Counted from the stretch's first letter, positions 10,029 through 19,475 are shown. The stretch is 64,000 nucleotides of DNA from Candidatus Micrarchaeota archaeon (GCA_027365175.1 DAHXNY010000001.1:117483-181482), one strand, 5' to 3'. The notes: a model not told the origin generated them from the letters alone. Made by a program: numbers and translations.

Positions 10029-10281
10029 TATGGCAAACAGCAGTATACGATACGGAGTAGTATTGAGAAAGAGAAAGGCGTCTGTCCAGGCAGACAAGAT
10101 CGCAAGGTATGCGTGCGAGGTCTGCGGAAGGACTGCCGTAAAGAGACAGGGAAATGCAATATGGAAGTGCAGGCACTGCAACGCAGTATTTGCAGGAGGG
10201 GCATACACTCTCAAGACCCCTTCAGGAGAGAATGCCATACATATTCTGCAGAGGATAAAATCCGGTGCGGTAAATGGTTGA
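10021..10281 (+). CDS. rpl37ae: 50S ribosomal protein L37Ae (eL43)
   Basis: 86 aa. Zinc ribbon YACEVCG...WKCRHCNAVFAGGAY and RYG near the N-terminus. Conserved superoperon position. Confidence 0.85.
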   Translation: MNDMANSSIRYGVVLRKRKASVQADKIARYACEVCGRTAVKRQGNAIWKCRHCNAVFAGGAYTLKTPSGENAIHILQRIKSGAVNG

Positions 10282-10639
10282 GATAACCTACTCGCCGTTG
10301 AAGTCCCTTGTCGTCCACGACATACTTGAGGTGGACAAGGAGAGCATAATGCGCGGCAGGGTCACTCCTGCAGGCACAATGCCTCTTTACTGGTGCGACG
10401 GCTTCCTATACAGCTTCTCATCGCTTCCGATGACCGATGAGGTTGTGAAAGATTACCTGAATGGCAGGATACACTGGGCAGAGGTTCAGTTCGCAAGGCT
10501 TGACAGCTTTGAGCCTGTTCTCATGCTCAACGAAGAAGAATATAAGGCAGAACTGAAGATAAGGGTCATGGACACAAGCATCTCCCAACTGCACAAGGAG
10601 TTTGTCAAATGGCTGAAATCGGCGACAAAAAAGAAGTGA
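10274..10639 (+). CDS. hypothetical protein embedded in the exosome superoperon
   Basis: 121 aa ORF overlapping the rpl37ae stop by 8 nt. I recognise no motif. Its position between L37Ae and RpoP is where Brix/other ribosome-biogenesis genes occur in other archaea, but the sequence does not look Brix-like. Confidence 0.4.
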   Translation: MVEITYSPLKSLVVHDILEVDKESIMRGRVTPAGTMPLYWCDGFLYSFSSLPMTDEVVKDYLNGRIHWAEVQFARLDSFEPVLMLNEEEYKAELKIRVMDTSISQLHKEFVKWLKSATKKK

Positions 10640-10644
10640 TATTT

Positions 10645-10776
10645 ATGGCGTATATATGCATGCATTGTGGAAAAGAGGTAAAGTCGATAGACAAGTTTGT
10701 AAGATGCCCATACTGCGGATACAGGGTGCTTGCAAAGAAGAGGTCAACGATAGTAAGAGAGGTCTCTACGGATTAA
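10645..10776 (+). CDS. rpoP: DNA-directed RNA polymerase subunit P (Rpo12/RpoP)
   Basis: Own translation: MAYICMHCGKEVKSIDKFVRCPYCGYRVLAKKRSTIVREVSTD (43 aa). It has a CxxC-x13-CxxC zinc ribbon followed by GYR.L.K.R, typical of RpoP. It is below the ORF-track length cutoff; the track instead lists an out-of-frame 81-aa ORF (10656..10901). Confidence 0.75.
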   Translation: MAYICMHCGKEVKSIDKFVRCPYCGYRVLAKKRSTIVREVSTD

Positions 10777-11021
10777 GATTTCTCCCTTTCCCCTACTATA
10801 ACCAGCTCTGCGACCTTCTTTACCCTCTTGTACTCTATGCTGTTCTTAAGGAAGTCGGAGCGCAAGTCGCTGCTCTTGGTGAGCTTGCTCATCTCGCTTA
10901 GCAACAGGTGCGTAACAACTGCATTGTCAAGATCTACGACAACCTCCTTCACGGTGCCCAGCATATTCCCTGAATTGGAGAGCACCCCCTTCCCATAAAG
11001 CTCAGAAATCATAATGCCCAT
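10773..11021 (-). CDS. PRC-barrel domain protein
   Basis: 82 aa. LYGKGVLSNSGNMLGTVKEVVVDLDNAVVTHLLL resembles the PRC-barrel core. Confidence 0.6.
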   Translation of the reverse strand: MGIMISELYGKGVLSNSGNMLGTVKEVVVDLDNAVVTHLLLSEMSKLTKSSDLRSDFLKNSIEYKRVKKVAELVIVGEREKS

Positions 11022-11025
11022 TGGA

Positions 11026-11550
11026 TCATCTTATTCTGCTAATCTTCTTGGATGCAAAAATTCTTATTATATACTCCTGCAGAGTGCTTACGAAGGCCTC
11101 CTCATTCTCAGAGAGCTCCTTAAGGTCCTTTTCATCGAAGAGCTCCTTTTTGTTTGCAACAAGGCTCTTGAGATAAGCATCTGTCATCGAGTAAAAGCGC
11201 TTGCTGCACCTCCTGCATACATATGACGGGACCACAGGCACTGCATTAATGACAGAAGGATGCACCAGATCAAGCTCCCTTGTCAGTGTTCCGCTGCAGG
11301 AAGCGCAAACGGCGTCAACATCCACGCCGTTATACTCCCCGGAATCTACTATCTCCATGCCTCTTGTCAGGCTCACATAAAACGGATCGTCAGGTTTCAT
11401 ATATACCTGCTTCTCTACAATCCCTCTCTCATTCAATTCAGTTATTAGCATGCCGCCCTGCGTGTTCTCTATCAGACAGCATAACTTCTTGCCGTCATTG
11501 CTGTAGAAATCGCTCCTCAGTCGTGTATCGCTGCTCCTGAAAAACTTCAT
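11026..11550 (-). CDS. hypothetical zinc-ribbon protein
   Basis: 174 aa with the paired motifs CASCSG and CRRCSK about 35 aa apart. Its ATG shares one nucleotide with the histone stop (TGATG). Confidence 0.5.
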   Translation of the reverse strand: MKFFRSSDTRLRSDFYSNDGKKLCCLIENTQGGMLITELNERGIVEKQVYMKPDDPFYVSLTRGMEIVDSGEYNGVDVDAVCASCSGTLTRELDLVHPSVINAVPVVPSYVCRRCSKRFYSMTDAYLKSLVANKKELFDEKDLKELSENEEAFVSTLQEYIIRIFASKKISRIR

Positions 11551-11762
11551 CAGCTCCCCTTCTTTATCACATACTTTTCAATATCCTCCTTAGTTATCTT
11601 TGTCCTCTTTGAACGCTTTGCATTCTGCACCGCGAAGGCGGATATCCTCTCTGCTTCCTTTTCAAGTATCGCAGCTATCTTATCCGCTCCGCTATCCGTT
11701 ATCCTTGTCTTGAAATGGCTCTTCACAAGCTCCTTTATAGCTCTCCTCGATAGTTTTGCCAT
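11550..11762 (-). CDS. archaeal histone (histone-fold, HMf-like)
   Basis: 70 aa. LSRRAIKELVK...DSGADKIAAILEKEAERISAFAVQNAKRSKRTKITKEDIE aligns by eye to the HMfB-type helix-loop-helix pattern, including the RxTxxxxD L2 motif. Confidence 0.8.
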   Translation of the reverse strand: MAKLSRRAIKELVKSHFKTRITDSGADKIAAILEKEAERISAFAVQNAKRSKRTKITKEDIEKYVIKKGS

Positions 11763-11913
11763 CTAATCAGCACTCAAGATCGTCATCACCAATCAGACCT
11801 TCAGCTCATCATCTATTGTATATGATATGTAAAAGTATATAATTGCAAAAGGTAAAATCCGAATGTTTATAATTATTCTCAGCTATTCATCATTGCTATT
11901 TATGGTGATATAT

Positions 11914-12231
11914 ATGATAGAAGATTTAGATGGCAAGAAGTTCGAAGAAAAGGTAATGCACTCAACCAAACCTGTCATAATAGACATATGGGCAACCTGG
12001 TGTGGCCCATGCAGGATATTCTCTCCTGTGATAGACGAGGTTTCAAAAGAGTTCGAGAGCAAAGCTACATTTTACAAGCTCGATGCGGACCAGAATCAGG
12101 ACATCGTGCAAAAGTACGACATAATGGGCATACCTACAGTGCTGCTCTTCGAGAAGGGCGTAGTGAAGGCAATGTCAGTAGGCGCCCTTCCTAAGGAAGC
12201 ATTCAGGAAGTGGGTAGTCAACAACCTGTAA
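11914..12231 (+). CDS. trxA: thioredoxin
   Basis: WATWCGPC active site. ORF 11863..12231, but MIEDLDGKKF (ATG 11914) is the likely start; the upstream residues are hydrophobic read-through of the promoter region. Confidence 0.85.
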   Translation: MIEDLDGKKFEEKVMHSTKPVIIDIWATWCGPCRIFSPVIDEVSKEFESKATFYKLDADQNQDIVQKYDIMGIPTVLLFEKGVVKAMSVGALPKEAFRKWVVNNL

Positions 12232-12235
12232 TTTC

Positions 12236-13525
12236 ATGGTAAGCATGTCATTGGAAATTCCGAGAGGGACAAGGGATTACGGGCCAAAGGAGAGCATACG
12301 CCTAAAGAACGTTATATCAAGGACCGAGCAGATCTTCAGGAGATTCGGTTTTTATCCGATAATAACACCTGCGATAGAGAAGGCAGAGGTACTCAATTCA
12401 AAGATATACGGAAGCGACGCCAACAACGAGATCTATCTTCTTGACGGGAAGGAGGCTGGATTAAGATATGATCTTACAGTTCCTACTGCCAGATACGTGG
12501 CAATGAACAAAGGCACGGCGCTGCCGTTCAAGAGGTACATGATAGCAGAAGCATGGAGAAGGGACGAGCCACAGTATATGCGTAGCAGGGAGTTCATACA
12601 GGCAGACATAGACGTGATAGGAAGCTCCGAGATATCCGCTGAAGCAGAGGTAATAGCCGCAAGCGCGATAGCGCTTGAGAATCTCGGAATAACTGACTAC
12701 ACCATAATGATCAACCATCGGGTTATCCTGTCTGCAATCATGGACAGATTCGGCATACCTAAGGACAAGCAGGTACAGACCATGCGCATACTTGACAAGC
12801 TTGCAAAGATAAGCGCAGAGGAGATAATGAAGCAGATGGCAGAACTCGGGATAAGCAAGGACATGGCAGAGCAGATGCTGAATTTCATAAAGGTAGAGGA
12901 GGGAACGGAGCAGAGGCTTACAAGGATAGAAGCCAACATAGAAGCTACAAAAGCCCCAGTTACAGATATGCGGGAGCTGATCTCCCTCCTGGGCATATAC
13001 AAGATAAAAGGCAAGATAGTCGTCGACCTGTCAATAATACGCGGAATCGACTATTACACCGGCATGGTGTGGGAGATAACCGCGGCGGCAGCGGGAAAAA
13101 AGACTCTCGCCATAGGCTCCGGCGGAAGATACGACAACCTTATCGCAAAATACTCAAAGGTGCATACTCCTGCTGTCGGTTCATCGATAGGGATAAGCAG
13201 GGTAGTTGAATTCCTGGAAGCCAAATCCGGAGCCAGGACCTATGCGGATGTATACGTCGCATACCTGGGCAAGGAAGCGATGAAGTATTCTATAGAGGTA
13301 GCAAACATATTCCGCGAATCAGGGATAAACACAGACCTGAACATGACCCCAAGGAATATCGGCAAGCAGCTTGAGTATGTAAACTCGCTTGAGATAAAGT
13401 ACGTATGCATAATAGGTCCTTCGGAGGCGCAGACGGGATTGGTAATGCTTAAGAACATGTACAAGGGAGAAGAAGTGCAGATAAGCGTTGAAGACGCTGT
13501 AACTAAGATAAAATCAGGTCTGTAA
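12236..13525 (+). CDS. hisS: histidine--tRNA ligase
   Basis: 429 aa. PRGTRDYGP, class II motifs (FRRD-like WRRDEPQ...REF.Q.D), GGGRYD-like SGGRYDNL. Alternative start ATG 12245. Confidence 0.9.
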   Translation: MVSMSLEIPRGTRDYGPKESIRLKNVISRTEQIFRRFGFYPIITPAIEKAEVLNSKIYGSDANNEIYLLDGKEAGLRYDLTVPTARYVAMNKGTALPFKRYMIAEAWRRDEPQYMRSREFIQADIDVIGSSEISAEAEVIAASAIALENLGITDYTIMINHRVILSAIMDRFGIPKDKQVQTMRILDKLAKISAEEIMKQMAELGISKDMAEQMLNFIKVEEGTEQRLTRIEANIEATKAPVTDMRELISLLGIYKIKGKIVVDLSIIRGIDYYTGMVWEITAAAAGKKTLAIGSGGRYDNLIAKYSKVHTPAVGSSIGISRVVEFLEAKSGARTYADVYVAYLGKEAMKYSIEVANIFRESGINTDLNMTPRNIGKQLEYVNSLEIKYVCIIGPSEAQTGLVMLKNMYKGEEVQISVEDAVTKIKSGL

Positions 13526-13526
13526 A

Positions 13527-14030
13527 ATGGCTAAATCAGAGATGGAAGAGGTAACAAGAAAAGCGATAGAGGGCGGAGGCATCCTTGCAAAGGCATATTT
13601 CGATATGCACAGTGAAAAGGCAGACGATCTCCAGCCGCTAATGACCGATCTAATAAGCAACAGGCTGCTTAAGTTCCCCGGAGTCATATACTGCGCAGGA
13701 GAGATAGACGAACCTCTCAAGGTAGACGAACTGTATACTACGAATGCAGTCGTAACAATACTGGTAAAGGACCTCTGGACCCTGCTGAACATCTCCTTCA
13801 ATTTCGCTCCTGCTGGAATGGAGGTAATAAAGCCTGAAAAGGAGTATTACCTGAAACACAACGACCTACAGGCTATAATGATAAACATAGCCCAGATATC
13901 CGCACAGTTCTCCGAGTATATACTTGGCAATGTATTGTCTAAGGAGGATTATGAAAAGGTAAAGAAGGATATGCAGAGGAGAGAGGAGCTCGGGAAGAAG
14001 CTGATCGGAGAAAGCAAAAAGACAGACTAG
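13527..14030 (+). CDS. hypothetical protein
   Basis: 167 aa ORF starting 2 nt after hisS. Plausible composition, charged C-terminal tail, no motif recognised. Confidence 0.45.
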   Translation: MAKSEMEEVTRKAIEGGGILAKAYFDMHSEKADDLQPLMTDLISNRLLKFPGVIYCAGEIDEPLKVDELYTTNAVVTILVKDLWTLLNISFNFAPAGMEVIKPEKEYYLKHNDLQAIMINIAQISAQFSEYILGNVLSKEDYEKVKKDMQRREELGKKLIGESKKTD

Positions 14031-15127
14031 ATGAGCCCTCTCAAAAAGAACCGCTTTATCAACAGGGAAGGCAGATCCATATCCCCGTATTTAGAGACGA
14101 AGGAATCCATCCCAAGAAAGTTCATCACGCTTATTATCCTGCCTATGGTCCTGCTCTCCAAAGAGGAATAAACTCTGTTTATAGATCTGTGCAGTCTAAG
14201 GTCGCTCCCATATTTATTCATGAACATCCTTTCATATTCGCCAAGATCCTTGCCATGCATGATATTATCCCGTATTGCATGTGACGCCATTATTGCAGCA
14301 GCAGAGCCGTATACTATGCCTCCTCCGGTGGTGCTCTTTACCTGCCCCGCAGCATCGCCTATCAGCAGAACTCTCCTCTCCGGGTCAACTATCTTTTTAC
14401 GCATACGTAGAGGTATCACGCTTGCTCCATTATCAATCATCTTGGCGCTTCCAATCATCTCCTTAACCTCCTTCATTGCAAGGAACCTCTCAATCGCCTT
14501 CTTAGAATTGACCCGTCCAGGATTAACCCCTACTCCGATCTCTAGCAGGTCCTTGGCGTTAGGGCACATCCATGCAAAAAGTCCTGGAAATGCCCTCTTG
14601 TCAAAAAACAGATCCACAGAGCCAGGATCGTCCATATCCACGTTAAATTCTGCCTTATATGTCAGCACATACTTCTCAACAGGACCCATGCCAAAATGCG
14701 TTGCAACGTTGGACACCGCTCCGTCCGCTCCTACTATTACGGAATCCTTGTGAAGCCTGTCTATCATCTGGGCAGTAATCCTGCGCCCCTTGATTATCTT
14801 TGCACCTGCATGCTCCGCTTCATATTCGCATATGTCTGAAAGCCTCTTCCTGTCAAGGACCTTGGCAACAGGCTCACTGGCAGATATGTCCATGATCCTC
14901 CCGCCAGCATGTATCCTTGCTCCTCTAAGAGTGTTGGTAACCGCACTCTCATAAGCTATGCCAGACATCCTTAATCCGTTTATCGATATTATTCCGGATG
15001 CCCTTACCGGAATTCCAAGCACTGTCTTCTGGTCGTATATCGTTGTGTCGATGCTATCCGATGCCAACTCCCTGCCAGCTACCAATCCTGCCGTCCCTGC
15101 GCCTATTATGGAGACCTTGCTGTGCAT
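14027..15127 (-). CDS. geranylgeranyl reductase family FAD-dependent oxidoreductase (archaeal lipid saturation)
   Basis: VSIIGAGTAGLVAGRELA dinucleotide-binding motif and the LIGDAAGQV motif. ATG 15127 (MHSKVSIIGAG) is the likely start within ORF 14027..15148. Confidence 0.75.
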   Translation of the reverse strand: MHSKVSIIGAGTAGLVAGRELASDSIDTTIYDQKTVLGIPVRASGIISINGLRMSGIAYESAVTNTLRGARIHAGGRIMDISASEPVAKVLDRKRLSDICEYEAEHAGAKIIKGRRITAQMIDRLHKDSVIVGADGAVSNVATHFGMGPVEKYVLTYKAEFNVDMDDPGSVDLFFDKRAFPGLFAWMCPNAKDLLEIGVGVNPGRVNSKKAIERFLAMKEVKEMIGSAKMIDNGASVIPLRMRKKIVDPERRVLLIGDAAGQVKSTTGGGIVYGSAAAIMASHAIRDNIMHGKDLGEYERMFMNKYGSDLRLHRSINRVYSSLESRTIGRIISVMNFLGMDSFVSKYGDMDLPSLLIKRFFLRGLI

Positions 15128-15238
15128 ATAAAATCCTAAATGTAACATACACTTTTATTAATTCAACTAATCTATCTTTATTGTAAATTTCTATAGGACA
15201 TTTACCTTTAATAATGCAAATTATCAAAGAATGATCAT

Positions 15239-18200
15239 ATGCTGCTGATAGAAGCCCTTCTAATAGGAATAATAAGCGTCATAGTGCCTGGATTCCTTCT
15301 GGCCCTGGCGCTTCTGCACAAGACCAGGATGAATAAGGTCTTCATATTCATGATAGGCATAGCCTTCGGCCTGATCTTCCCCCCAGTAATGATATGGCTG
15401 GAATCATACCTTATACCTCTATCGCCAATATTTGCGTTTTCAGCAGGGCTTTACAATGTAAACATAATAATCTTATCGGTAATAGGCTTCCTTCTGTCCG
15501 TGCGTGAGGGCGCAATAGACCTGCCTGCCCTCCAGTCCGCACTTGGCGCTGCAAAATCCGTAAAGCACAAGCACCCTGCAACTGTCAAGGAGGAGATAGA
15601 GCAGGATTACAAGAGCAGGCTGCAGAACCTAAGGGAGCGTGCAGCTACAAACAGCGCAATACTGAAGGTCATAAAGGCACACGAGAAGGACGAAGAATAC
15701 CTGTTCCACAGGAATGCAGAAGAGCTGTCTTCACTGAAGGACATCGGGCCCGAAGAGAGGAAGAGCATAGAGGAAAGGCATGCGAAAGAAGAGAGAAAGC
15801 TTTACGAGGAGCACGAAGCGGAAGAGATGGAGCTGATAGGAGAAAAGCACAAAGGCTCGGAGAAAAGCACAACAATGAACTACGTATACCTCGGCCTTGT
15901 CCTCTTCATGCTCATCACATTCCTTACAAGAATCGCAAACATCACAGTCTCCCCTACCTACTTTGAATTTGACCCTTACTACGACATGATAAGCACGGAA
16001 TACATACTTGTGCACGGATACCAGCTACTATACGACAACGCAGCATGGCCCGGCCATCTCAATGTATCCATACATAGAATACAGCCACTCATTCCTTATC
16101 TTGAAGCGTACTGGTACTCCATATCAAATACTGCAAGCGTGTCTGCACACTACGTTAACACAAGCCTGCTAAGCATCGTAAGCAGCTATTACCCTCCTAT
16201 AACTGCAGCGCTTCTGGTATTCTCAGTCTTCATCTTCCTCTATTATGAATACGGCAAGGTGCCTGCACTTCTAGGTGCAGGTCTTGCCACCTTCATGCCT
16301 GCGTTAATCACAACCTTCATAGCTGGTGAGCAGCTCCTCGAACCGTGGGGAATATTCGCAATGTTCTTCTTCTACGCCACATATCTGCTTGCAGTAAACA
16401 ATCCTAAAGAGCACAGATACACAATACTTGCAGGACTCGCGTTCGCATCAAACTTCTTCGGAGCCCACTATTACACGGTGACTACCGGAGTTCTTGGAAT
16501 ATACATCCTGTTGCAGGGAGTGATAAACGTACTGAAGAACAAGGACAATATGGATTTCTATAAGATGAACATATTGCTCATAATCATAATAGCCATAACC
16601 TATACCATATATGGGGCATACAGCGCAACTCTTACTGCGAGGACTCCGAGCATTCTTGGAATACCTACTGTAGTATCGCTGCCTTTATTTGCACTGATAT
16701 TCGTTGCAATACTTGAATATCTGCCAAAGATGCTTGAGAGCAGAAAGTACCTGAAAAAGATTGACATATACACGTATATCGGCATCCTGGTCCTTCTTGC
16801 CATAATTGCAATAATTGCCATAGAGTTCACACCTATAGGCACTCCTTTCCAGAAGTACATAGCTCTCAGCGTGCATTTCACAACCCCATCCATACCCCTA
16901 TTCATGACAGTACAGGAGTATGCACCTACAGGCTTCAACTATAACTTCGGAGCAGCAGGCTTCGGAATAATAGGCACTAGCATAGGGGGCATATCGATAC
17001 TGATATGGGGAGTGCTTCTCATATTCACCGCATTGATGGTATATGCGATAGTAAAAAGGGATTCCAGGTCCAGCGTACTCACGCTGGCGATGGTATGGCC
17101 TCTTGCCATAGCTGGCATGTCCGAGGTCAAGTACCTGCCCCACTTCGGAGTAGGATACATAATAGCTATAGGAGCGATAATCGGGGAGATAATGATAATG
17201 TACCCGAAGTACCGCAAGCTGCACTACACCAACCCTGTACTGATAGCCGCATTGATAATATTCCTTGTAGAGTTTGCACAGGTCGCTCCTGCGTTCGGTG
17301 CATTCTTCAGTCCAAACTGCACAACGATAAACCAGCAGGGCAACTCGATAGCCGCAGACATGTACTGCAACCAGGTTCCAGGATACTGGATAAACGCCAC
17401 CAACTGGATGCAGAAGAACGTCGGACCATACGCGCCAAGAATACTGGCGTGGTGGGACTATGGGGACTGGATCAACTGGTTCGGAAACAGCAACGCAGTG
17501 CTCAGAGGCGACAATGCCGTGGCAAAGCTTGACTATGCGACAGCAGCCCAGTATGTCCTCGGTCCTAAGGACGGCTATAATACAACAGAGCTGGCACACT
17601 TCATGAACGGCAACCAGTCAGGATACATCCTTATGGACAATGAACTTGTGCCAAAATGGGGTGCGCTTGACTTCCTGGCATGCATAGATACAAACCAGAC
17701 TACGATGCAGTATGCACAGAGCCAGGGAGCTGCCCAGGGACAGCCGTATCTTCTAGGTTCATCTCCATGCGAGCTCGCTCATGATCCTGCCTTCATATAC
17801 ATAGACATAAGCCAGAGTGTAAGCAACTACTGCCAGTATGGAAATTCCACGGCAGTGGCACTCAAAGGATTCCTTGTTGTAGGGAACAACCCGCTGAACA
17901 AAACCTACTGCGTTCCGGTAAGCTTCCTGCAAAACGGCAATGCCACAACCTTCGTATATAACTCAAATGGCTCAAAGACAAACATGATGCTTGCAGCACA
18001 GCCTATTCTATATGGCGGAGCTGCCAATATAAGCGGCCAGACCTTCATAAGCTTCATGGTCATGATGGTACCGAATGGCCCTAACGGCACAATAACCAAC
18101 GCGCCATCGCTCTTCTACGATTCAAACTACTACAAAGGATTCTTCCTGGGCCATCTAAACGGATTTACCCTGGTATACCCTTCAAACTTCACAGGCATGA

Positions 18201-18319
18201 ACTACGTAAACTCGACAAATGAGATAATGATATACAAGCTGAATAATTTCACCGGATCGCTGCCTAACGTGACTCCGAAGGCATCATGGATACACAACAA
18301 TCTCACCATGCCTGGATAA
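15239..18319 (+). CDS. aglB: archaeal oligosaccharyltransferase AglB (STT3 family) with an N-terminal extension
   Basis: 1026 aa. WWDYG motif at nt 17450-17464. EL1-type FEFDPYYD motif. Many TM helices. C-terminal globular domain carrying about 14 NxS/T sequons. Confidence 0.9.
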   Translation: MLLIEALLIGIISVIVPGFLLALALLHKTRMNKVFIFMIGIAFGLIFPPVMIWLESYLIPLSPIFAFSAGLYNVNIIILSVIGFLLSVREGAIDLPALQSALGAAKSVKHKHPATVKEEIEQDYKSRLQNLRERAATNSAILKVIKAHEKDEEYLFHRNAEELSSLKDIGPEERKSIEERHAKEERKLYEEHEAEEMELIGEKHKGSEKSTTMNYVYLGLVLFMLITFLTRIANITVSPTYFEFDPYYDMISTEYILVHGYQLLYDNAAWPGHLNVSIHRIQPLIPYLEAYWYSISNTASVSAHYVNTSLLSIVSSYYPPITAALLVFSVFIFLYYEYGKVPALLGAGLATFMPALITTFIAGEQLLEPWGIFAMFFFYATYLLAVNNPKEHRYTILAGLAFASNFFGAHYYTVTTGVLGIYILLQGVINVLKNKDNMDFYKMNILLIIIIAITYTIYGAYSATLTARTPSILGIPTVVSLPLFALIFVAILEYLPKMLESRKYLKKIDIYTYIGILVLLAIIAIIAIEFTPIGTPFQKYIALSVHFTTPSIPLFMTVQEYAPTGFNYNFGAAGFGIIGTSIGGISILIWGVLLIFTALMVYAIVKRDSRSSVLTLAMVWPLAIAGMSEVKYLPHFGVGYIIAIGAIIGEIMIMYPKYRKLHYTNPVLIAALIIFLVEFAQVAPAFGAFFSPNCTTINQQGNSIAADMYCNQVPGYWINATNWMQKNVGPYAPRILAWWDYGDWINWFGNSNAVLRGDNAVAKLDYATAAQYVLGPKDGYNTTELAHFMNGNQSGYILMDNELVPKWGALDFLACIDTNQTTMQYAQSQGAAQGQPYLLGSSPCELAHDPAFIYIDISQSVSNYCQYGNSTAVALKGFLVVGNNPLNKTYCVPVSFLQNGNATTFVYNSNGSKTNMMLAAQPILYGGAANISGQTFISFMVMMVPNGPNGTITNAPSLFYDSNYYKGFFLGHLNGFTLVYPSNFTGMNYVNSTNEIMIYKLNNFTGSLPNVTPKASWIHNNLTMPG

Positions 18320-18332
18320 TCCCGGTTTTTGA

Positions 18333-19475
18333 ATGAAATTATTGATAATACAGCCTTACCTGAACATCAAAGGGGGAGTAGAACGGGTAATACTGGAAAT
18401 AGCAAAGCACTACGATGCAACTATCTACACTATGGAGTATGATAAGGCTGCAACGTTCGATGGCTTCAAAGACACAGACATAAAGATAGTCGGGAAGGAC
18501 GTGCCTCTGGCCGACAGGCTCCCCTACAGAGCATCACAAGGATTGAGATACGGGTACAATTTCTACCACATGAAGATAACTGAGGATTATGATATTGCAA
18601 ATCCCCATATCTCTCCAAGCGAGTGGATAAGGCACAAGAACGAGCGCGTGCTATGGTACTGCCACACTCCTCCCAGAGAGGTGTACGACCTATATGCGGT
18701 CCGCATGATGCAGAGATCTTACAAGGAGAAGATGTTATATGCAGCAATGACCGGCGCATACAAAGTAATAGCAAAGAACATAGTGAAGAACATAGAAGAG
18801 GTGGCAGCCAACAGCCAGGTAACCAGGCAGAGGATCAAGAAATACTATTCAAAAGAATCAACAGTGATAAACCCAGGAGTGGATTACGAGAAATTCAAGG
18901 ATGAAGGAGATGGAAAGTACTTTTTGTACCCGTCGAGGTTCGTAGTGAACAAAAGGCAGGAATACGTGATAAATGCATTCAAGAAATATGTAAAGGAATC
19001 AAAGAGCAAACACTCGCTTGTGCTTGCAGGCACTCTATCAAAGGACCCGGAGCACATGAGATACATGCAGCGCCTCAAGGGCCTTGCCGGAAGCTCAAAT
19101 ATCAAGTTCATACCAAATCCTGGAGACAAAAGGATGACAGAGCTCTATTCCAAGAGCACCGCCGTGCTATTTGCAGCAATAAACGAGGATTTCGGGATAG
19201 TGCCATTGGAGGGAATGGCGAGCTCAAAGCCGGTGATATCCGTAAACGAAGGGGGACCGACAGAAACGATAATAAACGGCAAGACGGGCTTCCTTGTAAC
19301 GTCCTATTCTGAGATGGCCATGAGGATAAAACAGGTGGCAGATGATCCATCCCTTGCAAAGAAGATGGGCAAGGCCGGCAGGGCGAGAGTCATAAAGCAC
19401 TATTCGTGGCAGTCATTCTTCAGCTCATTCGACAAGCTCGCACGGACAGTGGCAAAGAGCAAGAGCGGCAAATAA
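18333..19475 (+). CDS. glycosyltransferase, GT4 (GT-B fold) family
   Basis: 380 aa. EDFGIVPLEGMASSKPVISVNEGGPTETI is the E-x7-E GT4 signature. Adjacent to aglB. Confidence 0.8.
   Translation: MKLLIIQPYLNIKGGVERVILEIAKHYDATIYTMEYDKAATFDGFKDTDIKIVGKDVPLADRLPYRASQGLRYGYNFYHMKITEDYDIANPHISPSEWIRHKNERVLWYCHTPPREVYDLYAVRMMQRSYKEKMLYAAMTGAYKVIAKNIVKNIEEVAANSQVTRQRIKKYYSKESTVINPGVDYEKFKDEGDGKYFLYPSRFVVNKRQEYVINAFKKYVKESKSKHSLVLAGTLSKDPEHMRYMQRLKGLAGSSNIKFIPNPGDKRMTELYSKSTAVLFAAINEDFGIVPLEGMASSKPVISVNEGGPTETIINGKTGFLVTSYSEMAMRIKQVADDPSLAKKMGKAGRARVIKHYSWQSFFSSFDKLARTVAKSKSGK

Noticed and set aside
10656-10901. 81-aa plus-strand ORF from the track
   Set aside because: It is out of frame with the clear rpoP reading frame and antisense to the PRC-barrel gene. 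Its composition is not protein-like.
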